From NCBI GenBank assembly GCA_964106645.2, contig OZ067046.1: a stretch of 64,000 nt of DNA; one strand, given 5' to 3'. A program made the position numbers and the translations under genes. How positions within the stretch are numbered: the stretch's first letter is position 1; each line of letters starts with the position of its first letter. This DNA is from Podarcis pityusensis. Its lineage: Eukaryota. Below are positions 24,783-37,475 of this stretch, piece by piece. A model generated the notes under the pieces. It was not told the DNA's origin and searched no databases. It worked only from the letters and a program-made list of their open reading frames with translations.

Positions 24783-27700
24783 TATATTTGTTAATGGTTA
24801 TTTTAGGGCTGGTATACTAAGTCAGTGTTGGAAACAAAATTCGTTAATTGGAATTGAACTTATTCTCCAGGTTCAGACATGACAAACCACAGGAGGACTT
24901 TTTTTGAATCAGGCAAGGATTGTACAGGAAGGGCGAGTCGTGTATCCACCCAGGACAGAGAGAGACATTCATGATTAAATCATGCTTAAGACAACCTGTG
25001 GCAAATATGACTTTTGTTTTTGTCTAATGTTCCCCCCGAAAGTGGGGAGTAAACCATGGGAAATCGAGACTTAATGTTACATGCCATATATGATAAACTC
25101 TATGATTGGAAGCAAGAATCTTTTAAAATGCTTTGGAAAATTGTTCACTATACACTGGGACATCTCTTGAGATTGTGTAACCAAATCTTGCATGCTGTTT
25201 CTGGAGATTAGAGAGCAGGTTTTCACCTATATTTGGATATTGTTGGCTGCCATTTTGAATTAAGATGGCAGACTGAACCTTTCAAAATTGCACTGATATT
25301 TTTTGGTGCCTTATAATTCCCATGCAATGCCAGATATATGGCAGTTAGTAATCAGTAAATAACACAAAACAAAACAGAATTTCCTTTTCTGAGGAACTTT
25401 ACTTCCTGCACAGATTATCTCTCCTTTTCATCATAATCTCTTCAAAGACATCTGTAACCTTGAAAAACAAAACCGTTGGAAAGATACAGCATGCTTTTGG
25501 GAGAAACCATAATTAGTCTTGCATTTCTCTGACCTATTTTTTTACCAGTAGGAATTCTAAGCCTGCAGAAGCTGACTCCTTTTGACTCTTTAACGTTTGA
25601 GAGATTGGTAGACTTCAAAAGCTTTTATAGCAGGGCTGAAATACCTTGTTTCCTCGCTGCACCCACTGAATGAGCTTTACATGCAAATACTCCAAAATAC
25701 GCTGGTTTTCAAACAATATTCTGAGCTTCAGGAGTAATAAGTATATAATTATAAGGATGCAAGTAGGGTGAGGCAGGTGGCTGGAAGAGCAGGGAGTGCA
25801 GAGAGGCACTGGTAGTGGGTGACATCAGACGTCCTGCCTTCCTTCCTTGTAAAAGCAGCTGCCTCCAAGAGGCTGTTGTTTCTGAAAGGCATTTTCATCA
25901 GGCCTAGGTCCCACTGAGCCTGCTGACCATCAGTCTGCATGGCTGTAACTGTTCAGCGCACTCCCCAAACTAACCCACATTGCATTGGTGCTGGAAAAGT
26001 GGCAATCTAAGGCCAGCCTGCCTGTGTGTGTTGTCAGCGAGGAAACACCAAAAGGGACTGGCTATTTGGGTTGTGTCTTTGGGCACCCTCTTTTATTGTT
26101 TTCTCAGGCATGGTGTGGTGATGTTTGCCCTTCTCGTCCTGTTGTTTTGTAGCATTTTATTTACAGCATTTAAAATACACCGAACAGACTCAAAACCTGA
26201 CAAGTCATCAGTGCAGCAAAACTGCAAAAATATTCACATTAACAATTCATCCACCCATCTTTACTCTGCATAAGCTGTGGCAACAAAAGGAGATACCAGG
26301 TTTCAGTTAAGCAGTCCCAACTGTCTGCATGTGGAAGCAATCTCTGCTCTTCCTCACAGAGGAAACCGAAGATGCACACACAAATTAATGATACAAGGAG
26401 CAATCTGCATGAGAAATCAGGTTTCCATGTCTGGATTGCTCCTACCTCAAGTGCAAGGAGTCGATGTGGAATGAGGGTGTGTGTGAGAACGCCATACATT
26501 CAGTAGTCCTTTCTCTCCTTGATTTAGAGTTCCCTGGAAAAACCCCGCAACCCTCCCAGATCTATCTCCCTTTTGGAAAGAACACAGAATCCCTCCTTCC
26601 CACTTTTGCCACTCATTTTGAAACAGGAGCTAATTGGCTTTCCCACAATGTTACTATCCTGAGAAAAGTTCTAAGCATTATAAGTTGTTGATATCAAAAC
26701 CAACAGCCATGGTATCAGCCAGAGCTCAACCCTAGAATAGATGAGGGAAGGGCAGAAGAAAAGTGCTGCTTTTATCTCCTCTGCAAAAATAAATGGTTTC
26801 CAAAGCTATGGCTCTATCATGTGAACAAGGATTGCAATAGTAAATAATATGGTGTACATAAAATTTTACTCCCCCTTGCCCCCCTTGTGTGTTACCCTAC
26901 CATGAAATAAAATTCATTGCCCCTCTTGTTTCTATCAGCTAATCAGCCTGCAGGTTTTAAAGGCACAGTTTAAGAGTCACACAAAAGAAGCAGTAATTAG
27001 GCAGTATAATCTAGGAACTTAATGGTTTCGGTGCGCTAGAGGGAACAACGTATTTATTATACTAGCGCATTATTCATTAGTATAACAGCTTTCTCAGCCA
27101 TCTGCCAGCATTATATCCAGGCACGTACCTATCAAAGGCCATATTTTCAAAAGGAATTTGCTAATTCCAAAAGGAGAAAGGCAGAATTTCCCTTTCTTTT
27201 TTCCCCCTCCAAACCACGAGCAGTAAGCAGCCTATTCAAACCAAGCTGTAAAATCTGAATTCATCCAGTTTGTCGATAAATGGGTATTCAGCTCCACGGG
27301 CGTGAGTAGAAATGACAAGAAAACTAAGCACAGTATTCATCCAACCTCCATCTAGTCAAACACCGAGGCCACAACTCCCACTAAGGCATATTAGTAATTG
27401 GAGGTTAGCTGAGTATGGTAAGATTTGCCTCCAGGTGACAAGATGGAAAACGTGTGTGAATCAGAGTTCTTCCAGGCTGTTGGTAACATGCAACGTATGA
27501 GTAACCTAGGCATGCTAGTAATGAATAAATGATATTTTTTGTGAGCTAGTTAGCTACGAGCACCCTCAGTGCTCAGGTCAGGTCAGCAAAGTTATGGAAC
27601 TTGCTCCATTTGGAAGTGTTTGTTTTCTGAAGCACCGAGCCTCAAAAGCCCATGACACCATGCTGAAAAACAAGCGAGAAAAATAAAATTTCCTCTTCAA

Positions 27701-27818
27701 ATATAGTATGGGGGAGTGGAGGACATAGCATGAGTCAACAGGGGAGCCATTCAGAGACCACCAAAACGTCAAGGTTGTCAATAACGTCAATAACTGTGAC
27801 AAAAAAGCAACAACATAC

Positions 27819-27993
27819 CTGTCACAGATGTAGGAAGAGTGTTGGATTTTTTAAGCTGTTCTCTGCGTTCAAACCTTGACAGAGGAGTCTCAGCTTTCTT
27901 CTCTTCCTGGGCTGATGGTCTAGGCAATGTACTAGTTCTGCTGCTGCTGCTGCTGCTGCTGCTTTTAGTATCTGTCTGATTGCTGATACTGGC
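27819..27993 (-). CDS. CRACD: CRACD exon ASISNQTDTKSSSSSSSSRTS...RREQLKKSNTLPTSVT (contains AGC-repeat poly-Ser)
   Basis: cactag acceptor, g|gtatgt donor. Confidence 0.93.
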
Positions 27994-28026
27994 CTAGTGC
28001 AAAGAACAACAACAAAAACCACATTA

Positions 28027-28268
28027 TAGTGGTACCTCGGGTTACATACGCTTCAGGTTACGCACGCTTCAGGTTACAGACTCCGCTAACCCAGAAATAG
28101 TACCTCAGGTTAAGATCTTTGCTTCAGGATGAGAACAGAAATTGTGTTCTAGTGGTGTGGCAGCAGCAAGAGGCACCATTAGCTAAAGTGGTGCCTCAGG
28201 TTAAGAACAGTTTCAAGTTAAGAACGGACCTCCAGAACGAATTAAGTACTTAACCTGAGGTACCACTG
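28027..28268 (+). mobile_element. Tc1/mariner (pogo/Tigger-like) MITE family A
   Basis: TIR (C/T)AGTGGTACCTCGGGTTA, TA flanks; four copies in the window. Confidence 0.9.
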
Positions 28269-28391
28269 TACATTTTTAATATTTCATTATAACATAGTAA
28301 TAATATATTTACAGTGCAAACTTATACACTTGTAGCCCCACTGAGTTCAGACTACCACATAAGTGGGTTATAAGACTGCAGCTTTGGTAGT

Positions 28392-28621
28392 TTGGATTTG
28401 ATATCCTGCTTTATCACTACCCGAAGGAGTCTCAAAGCAGCTAACATTCTCCTTTCCCTTCTCCCCCACAACAAACACTCTGTGAGGTGAGTGGGGCTGA
28501 GAGACATCAAAGAAGTGTGACTAGCCCAAGGTCACAGCTGCATGTGGAGGAGCGGAGACGCGAACCCGGTTCACCAGATTACGAGTCTACCGCTCTTAAC
28601 CACTACACCACACTGGCTCTC
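28392..28621 (-). mobile_element. tRNA-headed SINE, Squam3-like
   Basis: Minus strand GAGAGCCAGTGTGGTGTAGTGGTTAAGAGC...GGTTCG with A/B boxes, then body and L2-like tail. Confidence 0.75.
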
Positions 28622-28693
28622 ATAGATTACCACTGGTAATCATAGAATTGCAGCCTAGATTAATTAGCACTCACCTAGGAATAAGCCCCAGAC

Positions 28694-28941
28694 CAGGGGT
28701 ACACAACCTAAGGCCCAGGGGCAGGATGCGGCCCAATCCCCTCAAATCCGGCCCGCAGATGGTCCGGGAATCAGTGTGTTTTTACATGAGTAGAATGTGT
28801 CCTTTTATTTAAAATGCATCTCTGGGTTATTTGTGGGGCATAGGAATTCATTCATTCCCCCCCCCCAAATATAGTCCAGCCCACCACATGGTCTGAGGGA
28901 TGGTGGACAGGCCCAGGGCTGAAAAAGGTTGCTGACCCCTG
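28694..28941. mobile_element. hAT (Charlie-like) MITE
   Basis: TIR CAGGGGT...AACC / GGTTGCTGACCCCTG; perfect 8-bp TSD CCCCAGAC. Confidence 0.9.
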
Positions 28942-29391
28942 CCCCAGACTGACAAGCAAATGAACCAATAATGTGACAATGTCATTTCCTCCAATTTTCT
29001 CATTTGTACAATTGTAACTTTTGTTCTCCATGTTTCCACATTAGTTTGTGTGTGTTTTTTATTTAAAAAAAAACCTCATGAAAATTCATCAGCCTTCTAG
29101 TGTGAATTTCTCCTAAAATACATACTTTTGCAAGGCAGTTTCATGTTATATAGAAATGTATGCTATATACACCCCCCAAATGTATATAATTTCACTAATA
29201 TGCATTCCCCAAGCATACAATCCCCAATAGAATGCATTTCTGTCCACATTACATGGCATGAAGGGTGGTGGCTGAAAAGTGAAAACAAAGTAGGCTTGCC
29301 TTTGCCAGGTGTACCAAATTGAATTGTTCCCTCATATTCTGAGTAAACAGCATAGATTGCATTGCTATTTACATACTTCATTACGGCGTTC

Positions 29392-29555
29392 ACATGGTTA
29401 GTGTCAGACTATGTCCTGGGAGACCAGGGTTCAAACTCAGCCATGAAGCTCACTGAGTGACCTTGAGCCAGTCACTGCCCCTCAGTCCAACCTACCTCAC
29501 ATGGTGGTTGTGGGAATTAAATGAGGAAGGGGAGAACTATGTATGACACCTTGAG
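29392..29555 (+). mobile_element. Old MIR/CORE-like SINE fragment
   Basis: GGTTCAAA B-box then GTGACCTTGAGCCAGTCAC and ACCTACCTCACA core-like motifs; similar remnants near 32513 and 60835. Confidence 0.6.
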
Positions 29556-29716
29556 GTGGTAAGGCAGCAAACAAGATAATGTAAGCCACCAGAATAGCCA
29601 CAAAAAGCTGAAAACTGCAGCAGAGCAAACCAAGCACAGACACAAACTTCCTCTGTCCTCACATGCTTGGTTTTCAGGGTTGCAAGAGACAATTGCATGT
29701 TCCCTAAGGTATGGGA

Positions 29717-30072
29717 GGGACGCGGGTAGCGCTGTGGGTTAAACCACAGAGCCTAGAACTTGCCGATCAGAAGGTCGGCAGTTCGAAACCCCGCAACGGG
29801 GTGAGTTCCCGTTGCTTGGTCCCTGCTCCTGCCAACCTAGCAGTTCGAAAGCACGCCGAAGTGCAAGTAGATAAATAGGTACTGCTCCGGCGGGAAGGTA
29901 AACAGCGTTTCCGTGCGATGCTCTGGTTCGCCAGAAGCGGCTTAGTCATGCTGGCCACATGACCCGGAAGCTGTATGCCGGCTCCCTCGGCCAGTAAAGC
30001 GAGATGAGCGCCGCAACTCCAGAATCGGCCATGACTGGACCTAATGGTCAGGGGTACCTTTACCTTTACCTT
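29717..30072 (+). mobile_element. Full-length Sauria SINE (POM/Squam1-like)
   Basis: GGGACGCGG head with B-box GTTCGAAAC, (ACCTTT)n tail, 12-bp TSD TAAGGTA(T/G)GGGA with one mismatch. Confidence 0.9.
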
Positions 30073-30168
30073 TAAGGTAGGGGAAGTGCTGTGGCTCCAC
30101 TTCCCTCCTAACTATCCAGAGTTCCTTTCGGTTTGGCTGCACTCTGCATTTGGACTGACCCCAGGCTA

Positions 30169-30789
30169 CTGCATTTTTCCATGTATAAGACGACCCCTAT
30201 TTTGGGGGACTCCAAATAAAGAAAATGGGGGGAGATTGCACAGAGTTGTTGAGCTTTTTCTGGGGGGGAATTGCTGAAATTCGCTCACCCTCCTGACCAA
30301 CGCTGCCAATCGCCCGCGTCACCACCAGCAGCCGCCAATCACCCGCCCAATTGCCGCAGTGACAGCAAGTCAACAGCAGGCTTTGCCACAGCCACCAATC
30401 ACCTGCCCAATCACCGCTGACACTCTCCTGCTCGCGGTTGGAACCTATCGCACGTCCCCACTGTGCACTACCTGTGGCCTTAACCAGAGCCAGGGCTTTT
30501 TCGACTGTGGCTCCAATCTGGTGGAACACTCTGCCACAAGAGACTAGGGCCCTGCGGGACTTGACATCTTTCCGCAGGGCCTGCAAGACAGAGCTGTTCC
30601 ACCAAGCCTTTGGCTAGGGCACAGCCTGACTCCCTCCTCTGGCAATCTTCAGACAACTCTAGCCCAATGGTTGCCATCAATTTGATTTGAATTAATTTTA
30701 TAATGAAATGATTTTAGAATGTTGTATTATTTTATTGTTGTTAGCCGCCCTGAGCCCGGCTTCGGCTGGGGAGGGCGGGATATAAATAA

Positions 30790-30821
<32 letters not shown>

Positions 30822-30884
30822 AAACCCCTTTCTTAAAATTCTTTTAGAATAAAAAAACATTGTCTTGTACATAGGAAATTATGG
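30169..30884. mobile_element. Degenerate Tc2-like MITE interrupted by an L2 3' end
   Basis: Ends CTGCATTTTTCCATGTATAAGACG / TGTCTTGTACATAGGAAATTATGG are imperfect inverted repeats of Tc2-type form. Confidence 0.65.
30470..30820 (+). mobile_element. L2-clade LINE 3' end with (TAT)n tail
   Basis: Translates RAFSTVAPIWWNTLPQETRALRDLTSFRRACKTELFHQAFG*, typical of the L2 ORF2 C-terminus; tail GTTAGCCGCCCTGAG...ATAAAT(TAT)n. Confidence 0.8.
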
Positions 30885-31594
30885 AATTTACCAGAGGGCT
30901 GTGTCACATGTGGGATGGAGGGAGGGAGGGATGAGAGCAGTGAGAATTCCAGTGGGAAAAGAAAAAACGTTTGAGGTTTCCAGGATGTGATAACACAAAA
31001 GGTTCTCTTGAGATAATTTCACTTATGGACAGAAGGAGCTGTGTGCTGTTGTTGGGGAGGACTGCAGCAAGGTGTGAACAGCAGACTTCCGCATGAACCC
31101 TTGGCTTCTTTGGGAACAGTTGGCCAGCAAAATTGGGGGGGGGGGGGGAGACAAGCAGCCAAGTTCTGCTTGAGAGAAGGTGCCAATACACAAATCCACA
31201 TGCTGTCCGTGGGACAGGGTGCAAGTACATAAGGAAAGATAGAAAAAAAACAGGGGAAGGAAGGCTTGCAATTTTTTGCCGGCTTCCATTTAGCGTCGAA
31301 GTCACATAATGGTTGCTTACCAACAGGAAACGGATATCTGCTCTCTATGTGTGGACATACCGCTCTTATTCTTTTACCATCTCCTCAATGAGTATCGTGC
31401 AATATGGAAAAGGTTGCATTTCTCTCTCCAAACCACAATACAGGCTTAGAAATGAGGTCTCCAAGATTATTCTGGACTCTCAACAGTCCAGTTCTACTAT
31501 GAATGAAGAATGGTCATGACAATGACAAAACTACGTATTTCTCCACTGTCTTTACTAGCCAAAGCTTAAATAATTTCTAAAATCTGAAGGCAGC

Positions 31595-32097
31595 TGTGAC
31601 GTTAACATATGAGAGTGCTGGAGGTGAAATGGTTAAACAAGTTACCCAATCAGAACCAGGGGGTGGAGTCAGAAGGACTATAAAACCAGCTCTGGGAGGG
31701 GCGAAGGGAGAAGTTCTTGGGTGGGTGGTTGGAGTGGGAGTGAATTGGGATAGAGTCTGTGGGGAGGTTGAGTTAGTGTAGCAAAATAAGCTGAGTCAGG
31801 AACAGTTAGGGGCTAGGAAGACAAGTAAATATCTGAGAGGTGGTTTAGTGAGTGAGAGCAGGTAGCGGAAGTTATAGGTCTGGATAGGCACCCCATGATT
31901 GTAATTGACTGATACTGTTTATGAAACCACATGCTTGTTAAACTGCAATAAATAAACAGAAGTTTATGTTCCAATTTAACCCTGACTGGATTCAGTATTG
32001 TACCAGGTAGGGCGTTGGTGGTGGCAGCGAGAAATAAAGTGGTGGCACAGGGATCAATAGACGTTGAAACGTCCGGGGACCCTGTGTGATCGCCACA
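31595..32097 (+). mobile_element. Solo LTR, 503 bp
   Basis: TG...CA ends, 5-bp TSD GCAGC, CCAAT, GGGGGTGGAG, TATAAAA and AATAAA in order. Confidence 0.85.
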
Positions 32098-32219
32098 GCA
32101 GCTAACGAGAAAAAAAATCAAAATACTTCATACCATCAGGGATCATTCTTTTGGATTTGTTAGATCTGCTGTTGCTCTTTAAAGAAAGAAAAAAATCACC
32201 TGCAGATTTATGTACTTAC

Positions 32220-32410
32220 ATTTTCTTTAGCAAGTTTCTCAGCTTGCTTTGCCTCCCTGGCTTGTCTCCTTTCCTCTCTGGTTGCCTGCTGCTCTCGAAA
32301 GCCCTTCTGCTTTTGCAGAGCCAACGTGATCCAGAGCGGCTGTGCGGTTTCAACTTTTTCAATCAGCTTGGAGCCATCTATGGAATGTCTGCTCTGAAGA
32401 ACTGGCCTTT
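32220..32410 (-). CDS. CRACD: CRACD exon RPVLQSRHSIDG...QPLWITLALQKQKGFREQQATREERRQAREAKQAEKLAKEN
   Basis: ttctag acceptor, aat|gtaagt donor; phase consistent. Confidence 0.95.
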
Positions 32411-32760
32411 CTAGAAGAACACAACATACAAGGGTTTCAATCTGTATGACAGAGACAGAGATGCATACAAGATATTCAAGAGGAATATCTCACCCAGTAT
32501 TCACTAAGTATGGCTTAGTGTGGTGCAGCGGTCAGAGCGTTGGACTAGCACTGGGGAGACCAAGGTTCAAATTCCCACTGTTGTAACATTTCTTTTTAGG
32601 GGAGTCAATAACTTCCTAATGATCCCTAGTGCGGAATTCACCTTTCTCCCTGCCGAACACAGGGTCAATATTTTCATTGAGCTATTTGCCATGACCCCCA
32701 AATCCCTTTCCTAGCAAGTCACTGCCAGCTCAGACCCCATCAGTGTATCCACCACTAAGC

Positions 32761-32920
32761 AGCTGATAGCTCAGTCAGTAAAGCGTGAGACACTTAAATA
32801 TCAGGGTCTTGGGTTCAATCCCCACATTGGGCAAAATATTCCTGCAATGCAGGGGGTGGACCAGATGACCCTCATGGTCCCTTCCAACTCTACAATTTTT
32901 TGATCCCACAATTCTATGAT
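32761..32920 (+). mobile_element. SINE with tRNA-Lys-like head and CR1-type tail
   Basis: TAGCTCAGTCAGTAAAGCGTGAGACACTTAA...GGTTCAATCCCCACATTGGGC resembles tRNA-Lys(CTT); tail ends ATTCTATGAT. Confidence 0.8.
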
Positions 32921-33976
32921 CTATTATCTTTTTAAAAAAGTAGTAAACAGATGATCTCACAGCATAGCTATCCTCTCCTCTCTCACCTTCGACATTTGCT
33001 GTAAGCCAAATCAAGTTAGGCTCCAACTGAGCCTTTCATCCCTTTCTCCTTCATTGTGAGCTCAGCTCCACACTTCTAGAAAACATTCAGCTGAGACTTC
33101 AGCAGCGCCAACTTTTCCAACAATTTTGTTAACAAGATCTTTGCATCCTTAGATCTCGGTGCAAGCTGTCCTAGAAATGTCAAAACTTGTTTTATCTGTA
33201 ACCATCTACTGAGCACTAACACCTCCGTCTATTTCTAGAAAGCGCGGGGGTTCAATTTTGGAGCTATTTGACATGTTATTTTGGGATATTTGGGCAAACT
33301 TTCAAGCTTGCAAATGGCCATGCTGCAGAAAATGAAGTTTAGAAGTCCCGCATAAGACGGCTGCCCAAAAGGGCTAAATCCCCGTGGAGCAATCTCTGGA
33401 ATCAGACAGAACTCCACCACTGCCATTCATTTCAATGGAACACAAGCCAAAGGATTAATGCACAGATCTACCCCTCCTGATGAAATGAATGGGGAAGGCT
33501 TGCATGCACAGGAGCTCTGTATGGGGACACTACATTTGGATGCGGGGATTTACTGCAATAACATGACTTGCCAAAGATATAGATGTAGGAAAATGTGGAG
33601 GAGTCCTTATTGGGATATGAGTTTACTGGGATGCATTTACACACACATGAACATCTCTAGATTACTCAGATTAATTAGTTGCTTCTATTGTCAAGCACTG
33701 TGTTTGCTGCAATGTGACATGATACAAAAAACTTTCCCTGCTATGTGTAATCTAATTTTATGCAAGGCAAATAATCACTTTATGCGTCAGTCCTTAAAGA
33801 GACGTGTGAAATCACCCCTGGTGTGCGCATAATAAAACTTTGATGGAATCCAGTAATGAACCTATAAAAACCACCACCGAGGAAATTATACAATACTGTT
33901 TAAGGCTGACATTTCGGATATTGATCTCCCTTGCTCATCACAGAGCTGTATTTAGGGGCTGCATTTCTTCGCCTAC

Positions 33977-36900
33977 CTTTTTTCAACGGCTCTGGCTTCT
34001 TCTCTGTTCTCTCTCTCCATGGCATGGTGATGGATGGGAAAAAGGACCTCTTCTCCCTAGACTCTTCCTCTTCCCCCTTGCTTGCCTCGTGGGCTTGTGA
34101 AAGCACAGAGCTCCCTTTAGCTTCCGTTTTTCTCCAGGTGGTGTCAGGCTCCATTTTAGCCACCCTTTGCCCCGTGGATTCGGTTAAGTGAGACCTGCGC
34201 ATTTTTGAGAGAGGGGATGATGGCGGAGTTTGGCTGGTGGGCTTTGGAGCCAATGCAGGTTTTTGCAGGAGTGGCGATTTGCAGATGGGTTTCTCTTGAC
34301 TAGGTGCAGACACGTGACTGCTAGATGCAAGAGATACCGGTGCGGCTGTCGTATAACTCTGATTAATATTAGCTGAGGAGTTCTTCACAGAATTAACCAT
34401 GACATCCTTTCTCTCTTGGCTTGGGGATTTGCTCTCTTTTAAAAACATATGATTTGCATCTTTCTCATTGTCAGGCGTAACCAGCGGGGTGGGCACCCCG
34501 TCAAAACTGTCTCCTGCGCTATACCTTTTCTTCTTCTTCTGCTCAGCTTGCTGATCATAGTGAAAGCGCAAGGAGTAGTTGGTCCTCCTTAATTTCACCC
34601 CAAATGGGGACACATTTTCTTCTCCATTTGGGGAAGCGCTGTCCACTTTCCTTGCACCAACCTTCTGCTGTGTTTCCATAGCAGCTGCTGCACTTTCCGA
34701 CTGGGCTACTTCCTTACTTGGAGAATGCGAGACGCCTGGAACAAGGAAAGATGGGAGATCTTTGGCAAATTTACAACCCTCGGTGTTGCCTGCCACTTCG
34801 CGATGTATTTCAGTATTTCCTGTGGGTATTCCAAGATTATTCCCTGCAGCTGACAGTGGCTCGGTATGAACTGTCTCTTGGGTTGAATGGACCGTGGGTG
34901 GACCCAACGGCTTGGCTGGGGTTTCTGCTTCAAGGCCAACTTTACTCTCGGCGCTTGCATTAGCCGAAAACTTCTGCCAGGCAGGAGTTATAGAAAACTT
35001 TGCACTTGCAGATAAGGTCTTGCGCAAATTACCGTGGGAAATGTTTTGTCCTTTGGGTGTCCAATCATCGCTATGCCTACTGAGGCTTCCTTTGTCTCTC
35101 TCATTGCGCTTGCCATTTTCTGCACTTTTTAAGATTTTTGACCTAATCGAAGCCCACTCAGCTGGGATGGTTTGGTTGCCCAATGGCTCTTGGGTATATT
35201 TCATTTTACTATTCCTACGCTTCGCATCTGGTGACGTTTTCCGTGCGTCTATTGTTTTTCTTTCTTCTGTTAAGCCAAGGAGAGATTTGCAAGCCGTATC
35301 TTTTATCTGATTGAGGTTGACTGCAGTTCCACAGAGCTGTGCTCCAGTGACCAAAATTGCTGTGTGGGGGACGCACAAAGAAGTCGGGGGACCGTGAGAA
35401 CCTTTGCTGGATTTAGGAGTCGTCAATTCTTTTGCAGCTGAAGGAGTTGGTGCCTCTTTGACAGGCGTAACTGGGCTCAGATTTACTTTTGGAAATATAA
35501 TTTGCTTTTCTCCAGAGGATACTTGGAAGGTAAATCCCCTGGGCATAGTTTGCCTCGCGTCAACTTCCTGCCATCGGAGCTCCTCACCTAAGATTCTTTC
35601 CTGCTCTTGAGCTTCAATGTCCCTTTTCTGGTGGTGCCTTACAGTTTCTTCTTCCTTCTGCTCTTTGTCTGGCTGCTTTAATGTTTGCTGGCTAGCTTCT
35701 TTAAGTGGAAGATCTTTCTCGGGGCTTTCCAAATGTTGCTCTCCCAAATGAATATTTTTGTCCAGTTGCAACGGGAAGGATTTGTCTTGTTCTTTTGGCT
35801 TTTCCAGTGGTATTTGTCCTTCTAAACTAGGGGATTTCTGTTCTTCCAGCTTTCGTCCTCCTTCCCTCTCTATCAACTCTTCCTGTTGCATCGTCTTCTC
35901 AGGCCATGGCTGTGGTTCACATCTTTTGTGTTCTGCTGCTGATCTAATTGGTTTATCCAGTTCTTGCTGATCTTGTTTGTCCTTATTCATTTTCTCCTTT
36001 AGATTCTGTGGTAGTTCTTCTGGTCTCTTTTGCTTTTCCAGCTTTATGGCACTCCCCTTCCTTTCCAACCTTTCTTCATCTTCTAGATTCCTTTTTTTCT
36101 CTAGATCTTTTTGTCTCAGGTCTGTTTGCCTTTTTTGCACTTCCTGTTTCAGTTCATCCTGCTTTTCAGCCTCATTCATTTGCTCTTCCAGTCCTTGCGC
36201 TCTCTGTCCTAAATTCTGATGCCCTTGTTTTTCTTCCTGCCATTTTTGCGTCCCCTGTTCTTGCCTGTCTTTCCACCCTTGCTGAAAGAGCTTTTTATGT
36301 TGTTGCTTTGCCTCTAATTCTCTGTGTCCCTTTTCTTCTACTTCTTCTTGATCCTTCTGTTCCTGCCATTTTTGCTCTTCCAGTTCTTGATGTCTTTGCT
36401 CTTCCTCTTGCCTTTGCCTTTCAATCGCCAGTTCTTGCCACTTTTGCTCTTCCAGTTGCCTTTGTGCCTCCAGTTCCTGATGCCTTTGCTCTTCCAGTTG
36501 CCTTTGTGCTTCTAGTTTTCGATGCTTTTGCTCTTCCAGTTGCCTTTGAACCTCCAGTTCCTGATGCCTTTGCTCTTCCAGTTGCCTTTGTGCCTTTAGT
36601 TCCTGATGCCTTTGCTCTTCCAGTTGCCTTTGAGCCTCCAGTTCCTGATGCCTTTGCTCTTCCAGTTGCCTTTGCGCCTCCAGTTCCTGGTGCCTTTGCT
36701 CTTCCAGTTGCCTTTGTGCCTTTAGTTCCTGATGCCTTTGCTCTTCCAGTTGCCTTTGTGCCTTCAGTTCCTGATGTCTTTGCTCTTCCAGTTGCCTTTG
36801 CGCCTTCAGTTCCTGATGCCTTTGCTCTTCCAGTTGCCTTTGCGCCTCCAGTTCCTGATGCCTTTGCTCTTCCAGTTGCCTTTGTGCCTCTAGTTCCTGT

Positions 36901-37475
36901 TGCCTTTGCTCTTCCAGTTCCCTTTGCTCTTCCAGTTGCCTTTGCGCCTCCAGTTCCTGATGCCTTTGCTCTTCCAGTTGCCTTTGCTTTTGTTCCTTTA
37001 GTTCATGCTGCTTTCCTTTTTCCTGTTGCATTTGTTCCTCTGGTTCCTGAAGGCCCTCTTCATTCCTTCTCTGCTCCTCCAGTCCTTTGTGCCTCTGCAT
37101 CTGAAATTCTTGATGCCTCCGTTTTTCAAGACTTTTCTTCCCCTCTCGATCCTTTCTCTCCTCCATCTTCAAAAGCTGCTCTTCTTCCTGAAGCTTCTGT
37201 TTCTTCCCTTCTTTTTCCCTTTGGCATTCTTGAAGTCTTTTGTGTTCCGTGTGGCTTTTTGACTCTGCTTCAGCCATTTCTACTTTCTTCTCAGTCTCCA
37301 AGTTTCTCCAGCAATGTTCTAGCTTTCTTTTGCCCTCTTTCTGTTCTTGGCTTTCCCTATGCTGGATAGGCTTGTCTGCAGCATGGTAGCCATCGTGTTT
37401 GGAGAGCTTATCTTCAAACAACTGTGGTTCCAGGATTTCTTGTTCAACCTCTGCCACTGCCACACTTTGCATCTC
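33977..37475 (-). CDS. CRACD: CRACD giant exon (3499 nt): E/Q/R/K-rich helical region plus conserved motifs IIFPKVNL, VPHTAILVTGAQLCG, IKDTACKSLLGL, KFSITPAWQKF, SPFGVKLRRTNYSLRF
   Basis: cactag acceptor at 37476-37478, g|gtaggc donor; ORF 33900..37472. Confidence 0.95.
36423..36986 (-). repeat. Coding minisatellite, 13 x 42-bp units encoding QRQLEEQRHQEL(E/K)A
   Basis: Units counted in the ORF translation; the second unit has an 18-bp insertion. Confidence 0.95.

Noticed and set aside
25400-25460. Possible extra CRACD exon in the last intron
   Set aside because: One acceptor choice gives an early stop and the other ends in a phase incompatible with the last exon
32761-32833. Functional tRNA-Lys gene
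   Set aside because: Stems are degenerate and it is fused to a CR1-type tail, so it is a SINE head
35948-37369. 473-aa hydrophobic antisense ORF with (VPDAFALPVAFAPP)n repeats
   Set aside because: Mirror of the purine-rich CRACD repeat, whose reverse complement happens to lack stops; starts at TTG and has no internal Met; no independent coding evidence
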